Origin: Candidatus Multivoradales bacterium
GTDB taxonomy: Bacteria; Acidobacteriota; Thermoanaerobaculia; Multivoradales; J023
Assembly: GCA_965248925.1 (NCBI GenBank)
Contig: CBDFLE010000005.1
Location: forward strand, 256,001 to 320,000
Reading direction: 5' to 3'
Length of the DNA stretch: 64,000 bases
This document shows, piece after piece, positions 40,095 to 50,400 of this stretch. The notes below the pieces were generated by a model. It did not search any database and was not told the DNA's origin. It saw only the letters and a list, made by a program, of their open reading frames with translations. A program made the translations under genes and the position numbers. How positions within the stretch are numbered: position 1 is the stretch's first letter; every line of letters starts with the position of its first letter.

Positions 40095-42599
40095 CTACCA
40101 GGCGAGCTCGAGGCTCCAGCGCAACGCTCTGCCCAGGGTCCTCTCGGTCGGCAACTCGGCCACAGGTTGCTGTGTGCTGCGCAGCGGCAAGAGATCGAAG
40201 CCCGTCACGCTTCTATGGTCATAGAGATTGTCAATGCCGAGCACCGCGCGGAGCGTCGTGGCGGAGGTCCGCCAACTCCGGGAGAGGCGGAGATCGAGCT
40301 GATGCTCGGCCGATAGTCGGCTGCTGTTGATCTCACCGATGGCGGCCGAAAAGTCGTAGGTCGCCAACTCGCGATCCAGAGGTGTCGTTGGGCGACCGGA
40401 GGAGCCGCGCCAGAGCAGGTTGGTGGACACGCTGCGGGGTAGCTCGACAGCCAGCCACAGATGCATCGCATGACGGCGATCCGAACGCCGAGGTCGCCAG
40501 CGCTGATCCGGCCACAAATCCTCGAATCGGCTGAGTTCGTAGGTGGCGGAGGCTTCGTAGCGTTGGCCCCGGAAGGAGTAGCGCACCTCCAGGCCTCGGC
40601 TCCGCGATTCATCAGCAGCCACTCTAAGGCGGTCGATCTCCAGTTCGGGGAAGCGACCTACCGATCGAAAGAGATTCTCGAAACGCAGTCTGGGATTCTC
40701 GGTACGCTGGTAATAGGCCTCTACCGAAAGGCTGCCAGCACCTCGGCTCAGCTGGTATCCGAGCGATAGGTAGTCCGAGGTCTCGGTACCCGGCAGCCTT
40801 TCTTCTCCATCGGCCAGCAGCTGCTCATGACTAGATGGGAAGTCGCGCACCCGAGTCCAGCCGGCGCGCCACACCCCTGAGCGGTGGCCGAAACTGGCGC
40901 CGAGGCGCGGCATCAGAGCCGTTTCGCCGCTGAGCTCGTCGTCGTCGAAGCGCACCCCGCCGGAGACCGCCAAGTAGGCGTGGGGTCGCCAAGTAGCCTG
41001 GGAGTACAGGCCCAGCTGGCTCTGCCGCAGGTCGCCCTTGAAGAACACAGGCAGGAAAATCGGCGAACTCGGGTCATCGCGAAAGGGGGCGAAGAGCAGG
41101 TAGTCGTAGGCGGTGGTCTCGCGCTCGCGTTCGGCCCCCCAGCGCCACTCGAAGCGATCGCTCAGGCTCGAGAGACCGTCGGCATGGGCGGTGGAGCGCC
41201 GCGTCATGCGCCGATTGTCGAGCACAAAGTCTTCGTTCGTGCCCGGAGGAGTGAGAATGTCTGCCTCTTGCTCCTGGCCAAACCGCCTACGTTCGATCTC
41301 GCTCTGAGACAGCCGCAAATCGAGAAAATGGCGATCGCCCAGCGCGCCAAGGTACCGCAGGTGCGAATATCGACTGTCTTGGAAGATCGTCAGGGCGGTT
41401 AAAAAAGGATCCTCTCTCGAGGTCAGGAAATCGTCCGAGGCCCACTGAGTTTGAAGGGTCAGCTCGTGGCGGGCATTGAGGGTCGAGGTGACCTTGGCGA
41501 GGCCGTCCCAATAGGAGGGTTTGCTGGCGAGGCTGCCGGCGGCCGGGGGGAGATCGGGCACGCCACGGCGATAGGCGGCGAGCCAGCGCAAGCGGGCGTC
41601 CAGGGCGTTGCCGCTGAGCGCTGCCTGGCGGGTCTCGTCGCCGGCTCCTAGGCGTGCGGTGAAGCGTTTGGCGGTGGTCTCGGTGAGCATTTCGAGCACA
41701 CCGCCGGCCCGATTGCCATAGGCCACTGGCGGGCTGCCCCGGTGCAGGCGAATATCATCGATAGCGGTGGGCGTCACTGCGCCGGCAAGGCTTCCCAGGT
41801 GACGAAAGTGGTAGGGCTCAGCGATCTCGATGCCATCGACCACCAAGGTCAACCGGTGGGCGTCATGGCCACGAACGCCGAACGCGACGCCAGTGCCCAC
41901 ACGGTTGCCCGGCAGCCTGGAAGCGGTGGCGAGAGCATCCTGGTCAATCAACAAGGAGTCGCGGGTTTGCTCCAGGCTCAGCTGCCAAGTTCCGAGCGGC
42001 GGTTCTTCCGATGTGGTCGAGACGGAGATCTCATCGCTGGTCTCGGCATCGAGCCTCAAAGTGGCTTCGAGACGAGTCCGGGTTCCTGCTTCGATGTCGA
42101 TTTCCAAGCTGCGGCTGAGGTATCCCGGCCGGTGAATTTCCAGACTCTGTCGGCCCTCCGGCACCCGCAGGATGCGAAATCGCCCCACCGCATCCGAAAT
42201 CGCTGTGGAGACGGGGAAGGAGATCGGCGAAGCACCGGGTTGCAGGTCGACGCGGGCGAAGGGAATCGGATGGCCGCTGGGATCGGCACGAATGGTGCCT
42301 TCGAGCACGCCGCTGGGCGCCAGGCTGATGACGAACTGGCCATCGGGCGCGGGTTGGGCCACCAGCCCCAAGGGCGCTAGCAGGGTCCGCAGGCGCTCTT
42401 CCGCCGAGCCGGCATCGGGTAAGGGTAGCTCGTCGACTCGGGCTTCGGCATCAACCAGCCGGCTGGTGTAGAGCGTCTGCACACCTTCGCGGCGCAGCTG
42501 CTCGAGTGCCTCTTGCAGGGTGTAGCCGGCCTTGCCCCCGGCGGGCATCGTCAGGGCGAAAAGCAGAGTCGCACAGATCAGAGGGTTAAAGCTGGGCAT
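40095..42599 (-). CDS. TonB-dependent receptor with N-terminal STN-like and carboxypeptidase-regulatory-like domains
   Basis: Signal peptide, plug (LPG..VRG..VDGIEI..YGNRAGGV), beta-barrel ending IDNLYD..GR..LELAW. Confidence 0.9.
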   Translation of the reverse strand: MPSFNPLICATLLFALTMPAGGKAGYTLQEALEQLRREGVQTLYTSRLVDAEARVDELPLPDAGSAEERLRTLLAPLGLVAQPAPDGQFVISLAPSGVLEGTIRADPSGHPIPFARVDLQPGASPISFPVSTAISDAVGRFRILRVPEGRQSLEIHRPGYLSRSLEIDIEAGTRTRLEATLRLDAETSDEISVSTTSEEPPLGTWQLSLEQTRDSLLIDQDALATASRLPGNRVGTGVAFGVRGHDAHRLTLVVDGIEIAEPYHFRHLGSLAGAVTPTAIDDIRLHRGSPPVAYGNRAGGVLEMLTETTAKRFTARLGAGDETRQAALSGNALDARLRWLAAYRRGVPDLPPAAGSLASKPSYWDGLAKVTSTLNARHELTLQTQWASDDFLTSREDPFLTALTIFQDSRYSHLRYLGALGDRHFLDLRLSQSEIERRRFGQEQEADILTPPGTNEDFVLDNRRMTRRSTAHADGLSSLSDRFEWRWGAERERETTAYDYLLFAPFRDDPSSPIFLPVFFKGDLRQSQLGLYSQATWRPHAYLAVSGGVRFDDDELSGETALMPRLGASFGHRSGVWRAGWTRVRDFPSSHEQLLADGEERLPGTETSDYLSLGYQLSRGAGSLSVEAYYQRTENPRLRFENLFRSVGRFPELEIDRLRVAADESRSRGLEVRYSFRGQRYEASATYELSRFEDLWPDQRWRPRRSDRRHAMHLWLAVELPRSVSTNLLWRGSSGRPTTPLDRELATYDFSAAIGEINSSRLSAEHQLDLRLSRSWRTSATTLRAVLGIDNLYDHRSVTGFDLLPLRSTQQPVAELPTERTLGRALRWSLELAW

Positions 42600-42895
42600 T
42601 CTTGATGTTCCGAGGACTTGACGCCGCTGGCGTTTTCGTTAGTGCTCCGTAGCTGGAGACTGTGCCAGAGCATGGAGCCCATGAGCCTTCTCCTAGGGAT
42701 AGTACCGCGCGCCTGGGATCGTGGCTGGTTAATTGCCGCAATTTTTTCGTGCTTCCGCGAAGGAATTTCTCGCCTCGAATGACAGTGCAGGTTGAGAGGC
42801 CGTCTGGTGCGGCCCTCTTTGACATCTGCCCTTCGTCGTTCGGCCTTCATCGTTGATCGAGCGGCTGATCGACGAGGCATGGGGCGAGAGGTTTC

Positions 42896-44404
42896 ATGCG
42901 CTCGACCGATCTCAATCTCGAACAGGGGCCTCCCTTCGGCCTTTCCCTCCTCTTGACTGCCGTCTGTGCCTGCGTTTTCCTGCCCGGACTCGACAATCCT
43001 CTGGTTTCCGACGATTGGGTATTCGTCTACCGCGGGGTCGAATCCGACTCGCTAGGGGAGGCTCTGGACAACGGCGGGCAGGCCTGGTTCTCGAGGCCTG
43101 TGGTTTGGCTTTTGAGCTTCGTCCTGGCCCAGACCTCCGGCTCCGAGGCGGTGGGATTCCATGCTCTTTCGCTCGCCTTTCACGTTGCCAACGCTCTGCT
43201 CTTGGGTTCTTTCTCGAGGCTCTTGCTCGTCCACTGTCGTGTGGCCGAACCTCTGAGTCGACGCGGGCAAGACTTTGCGGTGTGCGCGGCGACGGCATTC
43301 TTCATGCTCTATCCACTGCACCACGAGGCCGTCTTCTGGTACTCGTCGATCACAGAATTGACCGTATTGTTCGGCCGCTTGCTGGTGTTGCACGCCTGTG
43401 TTCGCTTCATGTACCGGCCGCGTGCCGGCGCGTCGCGACAGCTCGCCAACGGCGTTATCGCCATGATCGGCATGGCGTTGGCGCTGGCCAGCAAGGAATC
43501 TGCAGTCGTGCAACCCGGCGTGCTCTTTCTGTTGATCGCCGTCGGAGCTTGGCCACGCTCCGGCGAGAGCTGGCGTTGCCTCTTTCGCCCGCGGGCCGCT
43601 TGGGTCCTTCTTGCCGTTTCCTCGATCGTCACTGTGGTCTGGCTGCTCTGGTATCGGTCGACGCGTGGTCTTTCCATGGCCGACCTGATGGTGCTCGAAG
43701 CCTCATCTGGCGAGTGGGCTTTGAGAGTGGCCCAGGGTGTGGTTCGCACCGTGCTCGGCGGTAAGATCGTGCAAGATCCTGAATTGCTCGGTTTGGCGGT
43801 GGGTCTTGGAGTGGCCGGGCTCGCCCTCGCTTGGTGGCGGAACCAACGCCTGGCACTCTTCAGTAGCGGCTGGTTGATGCTCTGCTTACTGCCGTATCTG
43901 AGCATCAGCTCAGTGGCAGATCATGAGGCGCGGATACCAATCGTGCGCCGGATGGTCGGCGTCGCTGATGACCGCTACTACTACAGCGCTGCGGCGGCGT
44001 GCAGCTTCGTCCTCTTGGCGCTGGTGCTGTGGTTGCCGAAAGAGCTGGCTAGACTCGGCGAAAAAGTCGGGAGGCGAGCACAATGGTGCGGCGTGACCGT
44101 CGTGTTCGGCGTCAGCTTGGTCGGCGGGTGGCGGATCAGCCACTACGAACGACAGTGGCATGCTGCCGGTGATCTGCTCGACGGGGCGCGGCGCGAAATT
44201 GCCGCTGAGATCGCCTTGCCAGTGGCGAAGAAAGAGCTGATCTGCGTCCATACGCGACCTGACAATCTGCAAGGGCGTTATGTGCTGCGCAATGGAGTCG
44301 CTGAATTGCTCTGGCTCCACGCCGGCCATCGAGAGTTTCGAATTCTCGTGCCTCCGGCGGCCGAGAATCCGAACTGCACCCGCGATCTCTTCTTGGACGG
44401 GTAG
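42896..44404 (+). CDS. Polytopic GT-C-fold glycosyltransferase-like membrane protein
   Basis: VSDDW, FSRP, FHALSLAFH, YPLHHEAVFW, LASKES, DRYYY. Confidence 0.7.
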   Translation: MRSTDLNLEQGPPFGLSLLLTAVCACVFLPGLDNPLVSDDWVFVYRGVESDSLGEALDNGGQAWFSRPVVWLLSFVLAQTSGSEAVGFHALSLAFHVANALLLGSFSRLLLVHCRVAEPLSRRGQDFAVCAATAFFMLYPLHHEAVFWYSSITELTVLFGRLLVLHACVRFMYRPRAGASRQLANGVIAMIGMALALASKESAVVQPGVLFLLIAVGAWPRSGESWRCLFRPRAAWVLLAVSSIVTVVWLLWYRSTRGLSMADLMVLEASSGEWALRVAQGVVRTVLGGKIVQDPELLGLAVGLGVAGLALAWWRNQRLALFSSGWLMLCLLPYLSISSVADHEARIPIVRRMVGVADDRYYYSAAAACSFVLLALVLWLPKELARLGEKVGRRAQWCGVTVVFGVSLVGGWRISHYERQWHAAGDLLDGARREIAAEIALPVAKKELICVHTRPDNLQGRYVLRNGVAELLWLHAGHREFRILVPPAAENPNCTRDLFLDG

Positions 44405-44536
44405 GGTCGGCTCAAGGTCGCCGCTAGCCAAGAGAACAGTGGATCGCCTGTGCGTCGCCAAAACTAGATCCGGCCGTGCCGGGCAAAAACTCATCCGGGC
44501 CATCTTGGTCAAGCTGCTGCCAGGGAGTATTCAGGG

Positions 44537-45757
44537 TCATCCGGGAAATGGAGAGGTGAGCTGGTCATGGAGAAAGAAGAGCCTGAGCTTGAAGTACTCC
44601 ATGTCTCGGAATCCATAGGCACTCCTCTTGAGGACCTTGATCTTGTTGTTGATGCCTTCGAGGGGTCCGGATGAGATGCGGTGACGGAAGTAGCTGAGCA
44701 GTCCTGGGCGATGTTTGTCGAGGGTATTGGCGAGCTTCGCGAAGTGGGGATTGTCGATGGCTTTGGCCTGGGTAGTCCAGGCGTCGAGGAAGTCCTTGCC
44801 GTCCTCTTCGTTCGGTAGGTTCCAGAAGAATCGTAGCTCCTCTTTGAGGAGATAGGCTTGGTAGAGGGGCTGGTTCAACTCCATGAGAAGGGCGAGGTGC
44901 TCCAGGGAGGAGGGCTTGAGCTTCTCCAGTCCCTTGAGCAAGAGGTAGCGGCTACCTTTGATTACGGCCCGCTCCTGGCCCTGAAGATTGCGGACCATCT
45001 CTCTTCGGGTTTCGTCGATGGCCTGATTGGCAAGAGCCACGACATGGTAGGGGTCGTGGACGATGTCGACCTGCTGGCCGAAGACCTGCCGGATTGCCCT
45101 GTGGTAGGCCTGGGACATATCGATGGCCACAGCTCGGGGACAAAGGCCTCTACTCTTGAGCTTCCAGAGGAAGGGCAGCAGGGCCTCGGCGTCCCTTCCG
45201 GAGTGAGCATGGAGGATCTGTCCGCTTTCCAGATCCAGCACCACGGTCATGTAGCGGTGTTCCTTGTGGGTGGCGAACTCGTCGACCGCGAGGTAGCGAA
45301 CTTTGGAGAGCTTGCGCCGCTTCAGGCGCCTCTGGAGATGGCTCTTGTGGATCTCCTTGACCAAGTCCCAGCCGACGCCCAGTAGATCGGCGACGGCCTG
45401 CAGGGTGGCGATCTGGCACAGCTGGACGACGTAACGCGCGAAGGCCCGCAAATGGCTTTCTTTGCCCTCGGTGAAGGCGATCGGCTCTCGCCGGGTCTCT
45501 CCACATCGCCGACAGTGCTGGCGATGACCATGCAGAACCACAAACTGGGGTCGCCACCCCACGGGTAGGGCGAAGAAGGTGCGCTCGAAGCCACCTTCAA
45601 GACGCAGATCGTACCAGCGCGCTCCGCACGCTCGGTAGGTGCGCTTGTGGGGAGCGAGTTCGACATGGTGGTAAACCCATCCGTGGGCGAACTCGGTGCA
45701 GCGCTGCACGTATCCGACCAAGCCGAGCGTGTGGTACAAGAAGCTGGTTGTCGCCAT
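44537..45757 (-). CDS. ISL3-family transposase
   Basis: LAVDEFA, AIDMSQAY, DPYHVV, SSGPLEGINNKIKVLKRSAYGFRD. First Zn-finger Cys appears replaced (TYRACG). Element ends not clearly resolved. Confidence 0.92.
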   Translation of the reverse strand: MATTSFLYHTLGLVGYVQRCTEFAHGWVYHHVELAPHKRTYRACGARWYDLRLEGGFERTFFALPVGWRPQFVVLHGHRQHCRRCGETRREPIAFTEGKESHLRAFARYVVQLCQIATLQAVADLLGVGWDLVKEIHKSHLQRRLKRRKLSKVRYLAVDEFATHKEHRYMTVVLDLESGQILHAHSGRDAEALLPFLWKLKSRGLCPRAVAIDMSQAYHRAIRQVFGQQVDIVHDPYHVVALANQAIDETRREMVRNLQGQERAVIKGSRYLLLKGLEKLKPSSLEHLALLMELNQPLYQAYLLKEELRFFWNLPNEEDGKDFLDAWTTQAKAIDNPHFAKLANTLDKHRPGLLSYFRHRISSGPLEGINNKIKVLKRSAYGFRDMEYFKLRLFFLHDQLTSPFPG

Positions 45758-46076
45758 GAATCGGTCTCCCTGGGTTGGTTTGAGATACGACCAGGATGAT
45801 CGACATGGCGACAACTCTCAAATCCCGCGCGCCCTCCTGCTCACAGAATTGCTCAATCCGGTGCCTGTGCCCAGCCCTGCTTGGCGGCCTCCAGATCGTC
45901 TTGACCCCGTCGCCCACAGGTCTAGGGGCGACAGCGGCTGACCGGGTCAAGGGCGGCGGAGCCGGCGAAGCGTACCCTTGAGGCGGTCAGACGATGGCGC
46001 CACACTGGGCCAGCGACGGGGCTTGCATGGTCTGGTCTGACGAGTCCGACCAGACCATGACCTCCTCATTTCCCGG

Positions 46077-46859
46077 ATGAACCGAAGTTTTGAACCTTTC
46101 GGCCTTGATTTCAGTGGCGCACTAGGCCAGGGAGTCTTCCTACGCTTCCCTGGCCAGTGGGTCGACGGGACATGGGCGGTTGGCCCGGGCTCGGCGTCTC
46201 TTTCGTCCAATGTTCACCGGTGGTACGCGCCGAATATTGGCACTTACAACAAGCCCGACCCAGCAGGTTTGATCCGGAGCAACTTGGGCCTTTATAGTTA
46301 CTCGCTCAGGAATCCGATCAGATTTGTCGACCCTTACGGACTGACAACCTGTGAAATTGTAACGATGAATAACGCATTCAAGCTGGGCGGGACCAGCTTC
46401 TCTTTTAGTACTCACGCCTCATTGTTGATCTCTAACTCGTGTCGGTCATCCGGCGGTTGCCAGGACGGCCCAGGGCCTCTCTTGTATGATCCGGCTGGGG
46501 GCTATTCGGCACAGGTTCCTGATACTGGATCGTTGGAAGTACTGAATCGTGACATACCAGGTTGGAGCCTTGGTGGATTCTTAGACTATCACTGCGATAG
46601 CGGAGATGACTCCGTAGAAGCATTCTGCTTCGACACGAATTGTTGCGAGAAGGAAAGAATTGCGGGGAATATTTTCAGTGGTGGGTCGACGCAAGGTGGG
46701 CTCTGTGCAGTTGGCGTCGGCGGGTCCGTGAAAGGGGTAGGACCGTTCTCAAGTCTTGGTCCGACCGCAACACCGGCGATCCTTCATCGAGCAATGAACC
46801 GCCTGTTGCAGAAGCATAGCGGTTCTGGCGCATTCTTCTGGAAGTACAGTTGTCCCTAA
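46077..46859 (+). CDS. Orphan Rhs tip module (core remnant plus a different Cys-rich toxin domain)
   Basis: FEPFG..FLRFPGQW..NVHRWY..DPAG..NPIRFVDPYGL, then a new C-terminal domain. Confidence 0.85.
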   Translation: MNRSFEPFGLDFSGALGQGVFLRFPGQWVDGTWAVGPGSASLSSNVHRWYAPNIGTYNKPDPAGLIRSNLGLYSYSLRNPIRFVDPYGLTTCEIVTMNNAFKLGGTSFSFSTHASLLISNSCRSSGGCQDGPGPLLYDPAGGYSAQVPDTGSLEVLNRDIPGWSLGGFLDYHCDSGDDSVEAFCFDTNCCEKERIAGNIFSGGSTQGGLCAVGVGGSVKGVGPFSSLGPTATPAILHRAMNRLLQKHSGSGAFFWKYSCP

Positions 46860-46874
46860 CTCAGGGTTTTCCAC

Positions 46875-47330
46875 ATGCGTGAGCCTATTGGAGTCGGATT
46901 CGCAGTTATCCTCGCTGCCGGCGGGCTATGGTATCTGGGATTGTCTTCGTGGATCTTGCAACGGTTTCTCAGTTGGCCCCATTTCTTGGAGCGTCAGATG
47001 GTTCTCTTCCCACTTATTCTCCTTGGTTTGTTGCTAGCCGTCCGCCGCTTGCAAGCCGCTCGGTCAAGTCTTGGTCTTGCGGCTGTATCCGGTGCATGTG
47101 TGGGTCTACTGGCAAGTATGATCTCGTTGGTTCTTGGGAGGATTGCGACTGCATCGGACCGCCTGGCCTTCTTGAACGGGATCGAGCAGGCTGGTACTGG
47201 AGGCTACCTCTTGATCGAGCTAACATTCGCCTTTGTCCTCTTTCCTGGCTGGCTGGCTGGTGCTGTCGCCGCTGTGCTTGCCGTCGCAATAGACCGTCTG
47301 GGGTCGAGATTCACAAATCGAAGCAACTGA
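46875..47330 (+). CDS. Putative immunity protein (4 TM)
   Basis: Directly follows the orphan tip; hydrophobic. Confidence 0.6.
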   Translation: MREPIGVGFAVILAAGGLWYLGLSSWILQRFLSWPHFLERQMVLFPLILLGLLLAVRRLQAARSSLGLAAVSGACVGLLASMISLVLGRIATASDRLAFLNGIEQAGTGGYLLIELTFAFVLFPGWLAGAVAAVLAVAIDRLGSRFTNRSN

Positions 47331-47448
47331 GAGCGCGCCAGGGTACTAGGCCCGAGCGGGCGGAATTTTATGCCAAGCTAGCCGCATCGACCGGCCAGGC
47401 GGTACCACCTGGGTTTTCCTCTACGGCGACCCCACTCTGCCGGGATAC

Positions 47449-50400
47449 ATGACACGAATAAGCTTGGCGGGTACAGACGCTAGCGAGCGGATCGCTGGCT
47501 CCTGGGCCTATGATCCCTTCGGCAATGTTGTGCAAATGTGGAAAGGCGCCGCTAACTTCAACGACGCCGGCGCCGTCGATCGCTGGTCGATGAGCTTCGA
47601 CGATCCCCAGCTGCCCATGGTCACCACGGTCACCGACCCCATGGGCGAGATCTCCACCTACACTCTGGGTCGCGACTCCGAGAGTCGCAAGCCTCGTCTG
47701 GAGCAGCTCGAAGGCTCTTGCCCAAGCTGCGGCACCGGCCCCAACAGCCGGCTGTTCTATGAGGATCCGGCTCACCCCCTGCGCCCCACCCGCCAGATCG
47801 ACGGCGGCGGCACAACGACCCTGACCACCTACGACGCCAACGGCCAAGCAATCTCCCGTGTCGAAGCTCTGGGCACGGCGGAGGAGCGCGAGACCACTTG
47901 GCAGCGCGACCTCACCTACCCGGCGCTGATCACCGAGATCGAGCGTCCCTCGACCACTGGCAGCCCTCTCGATTTCCGCCGTACCACCTTCACCCTCAGT
48001 GGCCGAGGCAACGCCACCGACCGCATCGACGAAGGGGTAGAAGACGGCCAAGCCTTCAGCTACACCACCACGACCACCTACACCGCCGAGGGCCAGCCAG
48101 AAGATCGCGATCAACCCGGCTATGGCACCGCCGATGTCACCACCAGCGCCTGGGACGCTGCCCGTGGCGGCCTGGTGCTGGCCAGCCGCACCGATCCGCT
48201 GATCGGCAGCACCCTGTTCGGCTATGACCCATTCAACCGCCGAACTTCAGTCACCGACCCCAACGGCGTAGCCAGCGAAACGCAGTACGACCCGCTCAAT
48301 CGCGTTCTGTTCAGCCTCCAGAAAGGTGCGGTACCGGCCGAGGATTTGATCACCGAGCAGCGCTACACGGTCTTTGGCGACCTCTTCCAAACCGTACTGC
48401 CGCGCGGCAACGTGCTGGAGTATGGCTACGATCCCACAGGCCGATTGGTGTCCATCGAGCGCAAACCCGATGACTTACCGGGCAGTCACGTCGAGCGCAC
48501 CTTCTACACCCTCGATGGCTTCGGTCACCGGGTTCGCGAAGAGCTACAAAGCTGGGACGGCGCGAGCTGGACGAGTGCGTCGACTACCGACTACCTGTAC
48601 TCGACCCGCTGCCATCTCGACCAGATGATCGAAGGCGCGGGCAGCCCCGAGCAGGCGATCACCGAGTACGCCTACAACTGCGATGGCGACCTCGAACGCT
48701 TGTGGGACGCGAACCATCCATCGGCGGGCCAGACTGCTGCAGCCAGCACGGTCTACGGCTACGATCCACTCGACCGATTGACCTCGGTCAGCCAGCCATT
48801 CGGTGGTGCGGCTGGAGGGCAGGCTGTGACGACCTACGGTTTTGACGTTCAGGATCATCTGACCGCAGTCTCTGATGCCGAAGGCACAGTCACCAGCTAT
48901 CTCTACAGCGATCGAGATCTGCTGACCGGCGAGACCTCCGAGGTATCTGGCGTGACAAGCCATTTGTACAATGAGCACGGCCGACTCACCCAGACCATCG
49001 ACGCTCGCAGCATTGCCACTCAGCGCACTCTCGATGAGCTAGATCGGGTCACCCTGGTCGACTACCCCGACGACACCCTCGACGTGACCTACACCTACGA
49101 TGATCCGCAGGTGCCCTTCAGTCTGGGCCGACTCACCCAGATCGAACGTGATGGCCAGCCGATCGACTACCAATTTGATCGCTTCGGCCGCATGACTCAA
49201 GACGGCGAGCTGACCTACGCCTTCGACGCCAACGGCAACCAGAGCGAGATCCTGTATCCTGGTGGCGTGAGGGCTATCTACACATTCGATCACGCTGACC
49301 GTCACCTGACCCTCGATGCCGAGGTGCCAGGCCAAGGCATCCAATCGATTGTCACGGGAGCCTTCTACCAACCGATTGGCCCACTGCGCCAGCTGACGCG
49401 CGGCAATGGCGTCACCGAAAGCCGCCAGCACGACAGCCGCTATCAGCCCGCCAGCATTACAGCGGTCGGCCCTGGCGGCACCTTGCTCGACTGGGACTAC
49501 ACCACCGATGGGGTCGGCAACATCACCGTCATCGGCGATCTGCTCGATTCGCTGAACAACCGCACCTACGCCTACCAGGAATACCAGTACTTCCTCACCC
49601 AGGGCGCCGGCCCTTGGGGCGCTCTGGCCTGGGCCTACGACAAAATCGGCAATCGGCTCAGCGAGACCCGCGACGGCGCCACCGACATCTACCAGTACCT
49701 CGCCAACGCTGCCGCGAGCGGCAATACCGCGAAACTCGACCAGATTGCACTCGGTGCAGGCGGCAGTCGCGTCTACACCTTCGACGCAGCCGGCAATCAA
49801 ATCGGGATCGACGAAAACGGCGACCCCGTGACCTACACCTTCGATGATTCTGGCCGCCTGTCGGCTATCGATCACCCTTCGGCACAGGCCAGCTCGGTAA
49901 TGTTCTACGACGGTCGCAGCTACCTACGCCAAGCAGTCGGCCGCGAGCCCGACACCTCTGGCAACGCTCTCTTCTGCGATGGCTTTGAAACCGGCGACAT
50001 CAGCGCCTGGGGCGATCCGGGAGCGAGTAGCTGCACAGCTGAGGCCGTAACCGAAGCGGCCTACAGTTCCGACGGTGTGCTGCAACGGCGAGCCGGTGCC
50101 ACCGAGGCCAATGCAGTGCTCTACTTCGGGGGACAGCCGGTAGCCCAAACCGGTGGGGCTCTCGAGACCCACCTCACGGCAGACCACCTCGGCACACCGG
50201 TGCTAGCTTCTAGCACTGTCGGCGACTCGAACTGGAGCGGCGGATTCGAGCCCTTCGGCAGTGACTTCGCAAATGCCGGAGACGCAGGCGTTTTCTTGCG
50301 CTTTCCGGGGCAGTGGGACGATGCAACTTGGGGCGCTGGTGAGGGAGCATTCTACAATGTCCATCGTTGGTATGGGGCCGGGACCGGGAGGTATGGGAGG

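Noticed and set aside
46037-46070. Hammerhead ribozyme (CTGACGAG core)
   Set aside because: No correctly placed GAAA or stem II/III.
47351-47378. XerCD dif-like site (TTATGCCAAGC / TTACGCTAAAT)
   Set aside because: Only a XerD-like half is present and the XerC arm is absent. The synonymous substitution pattern suggests a coding origin.
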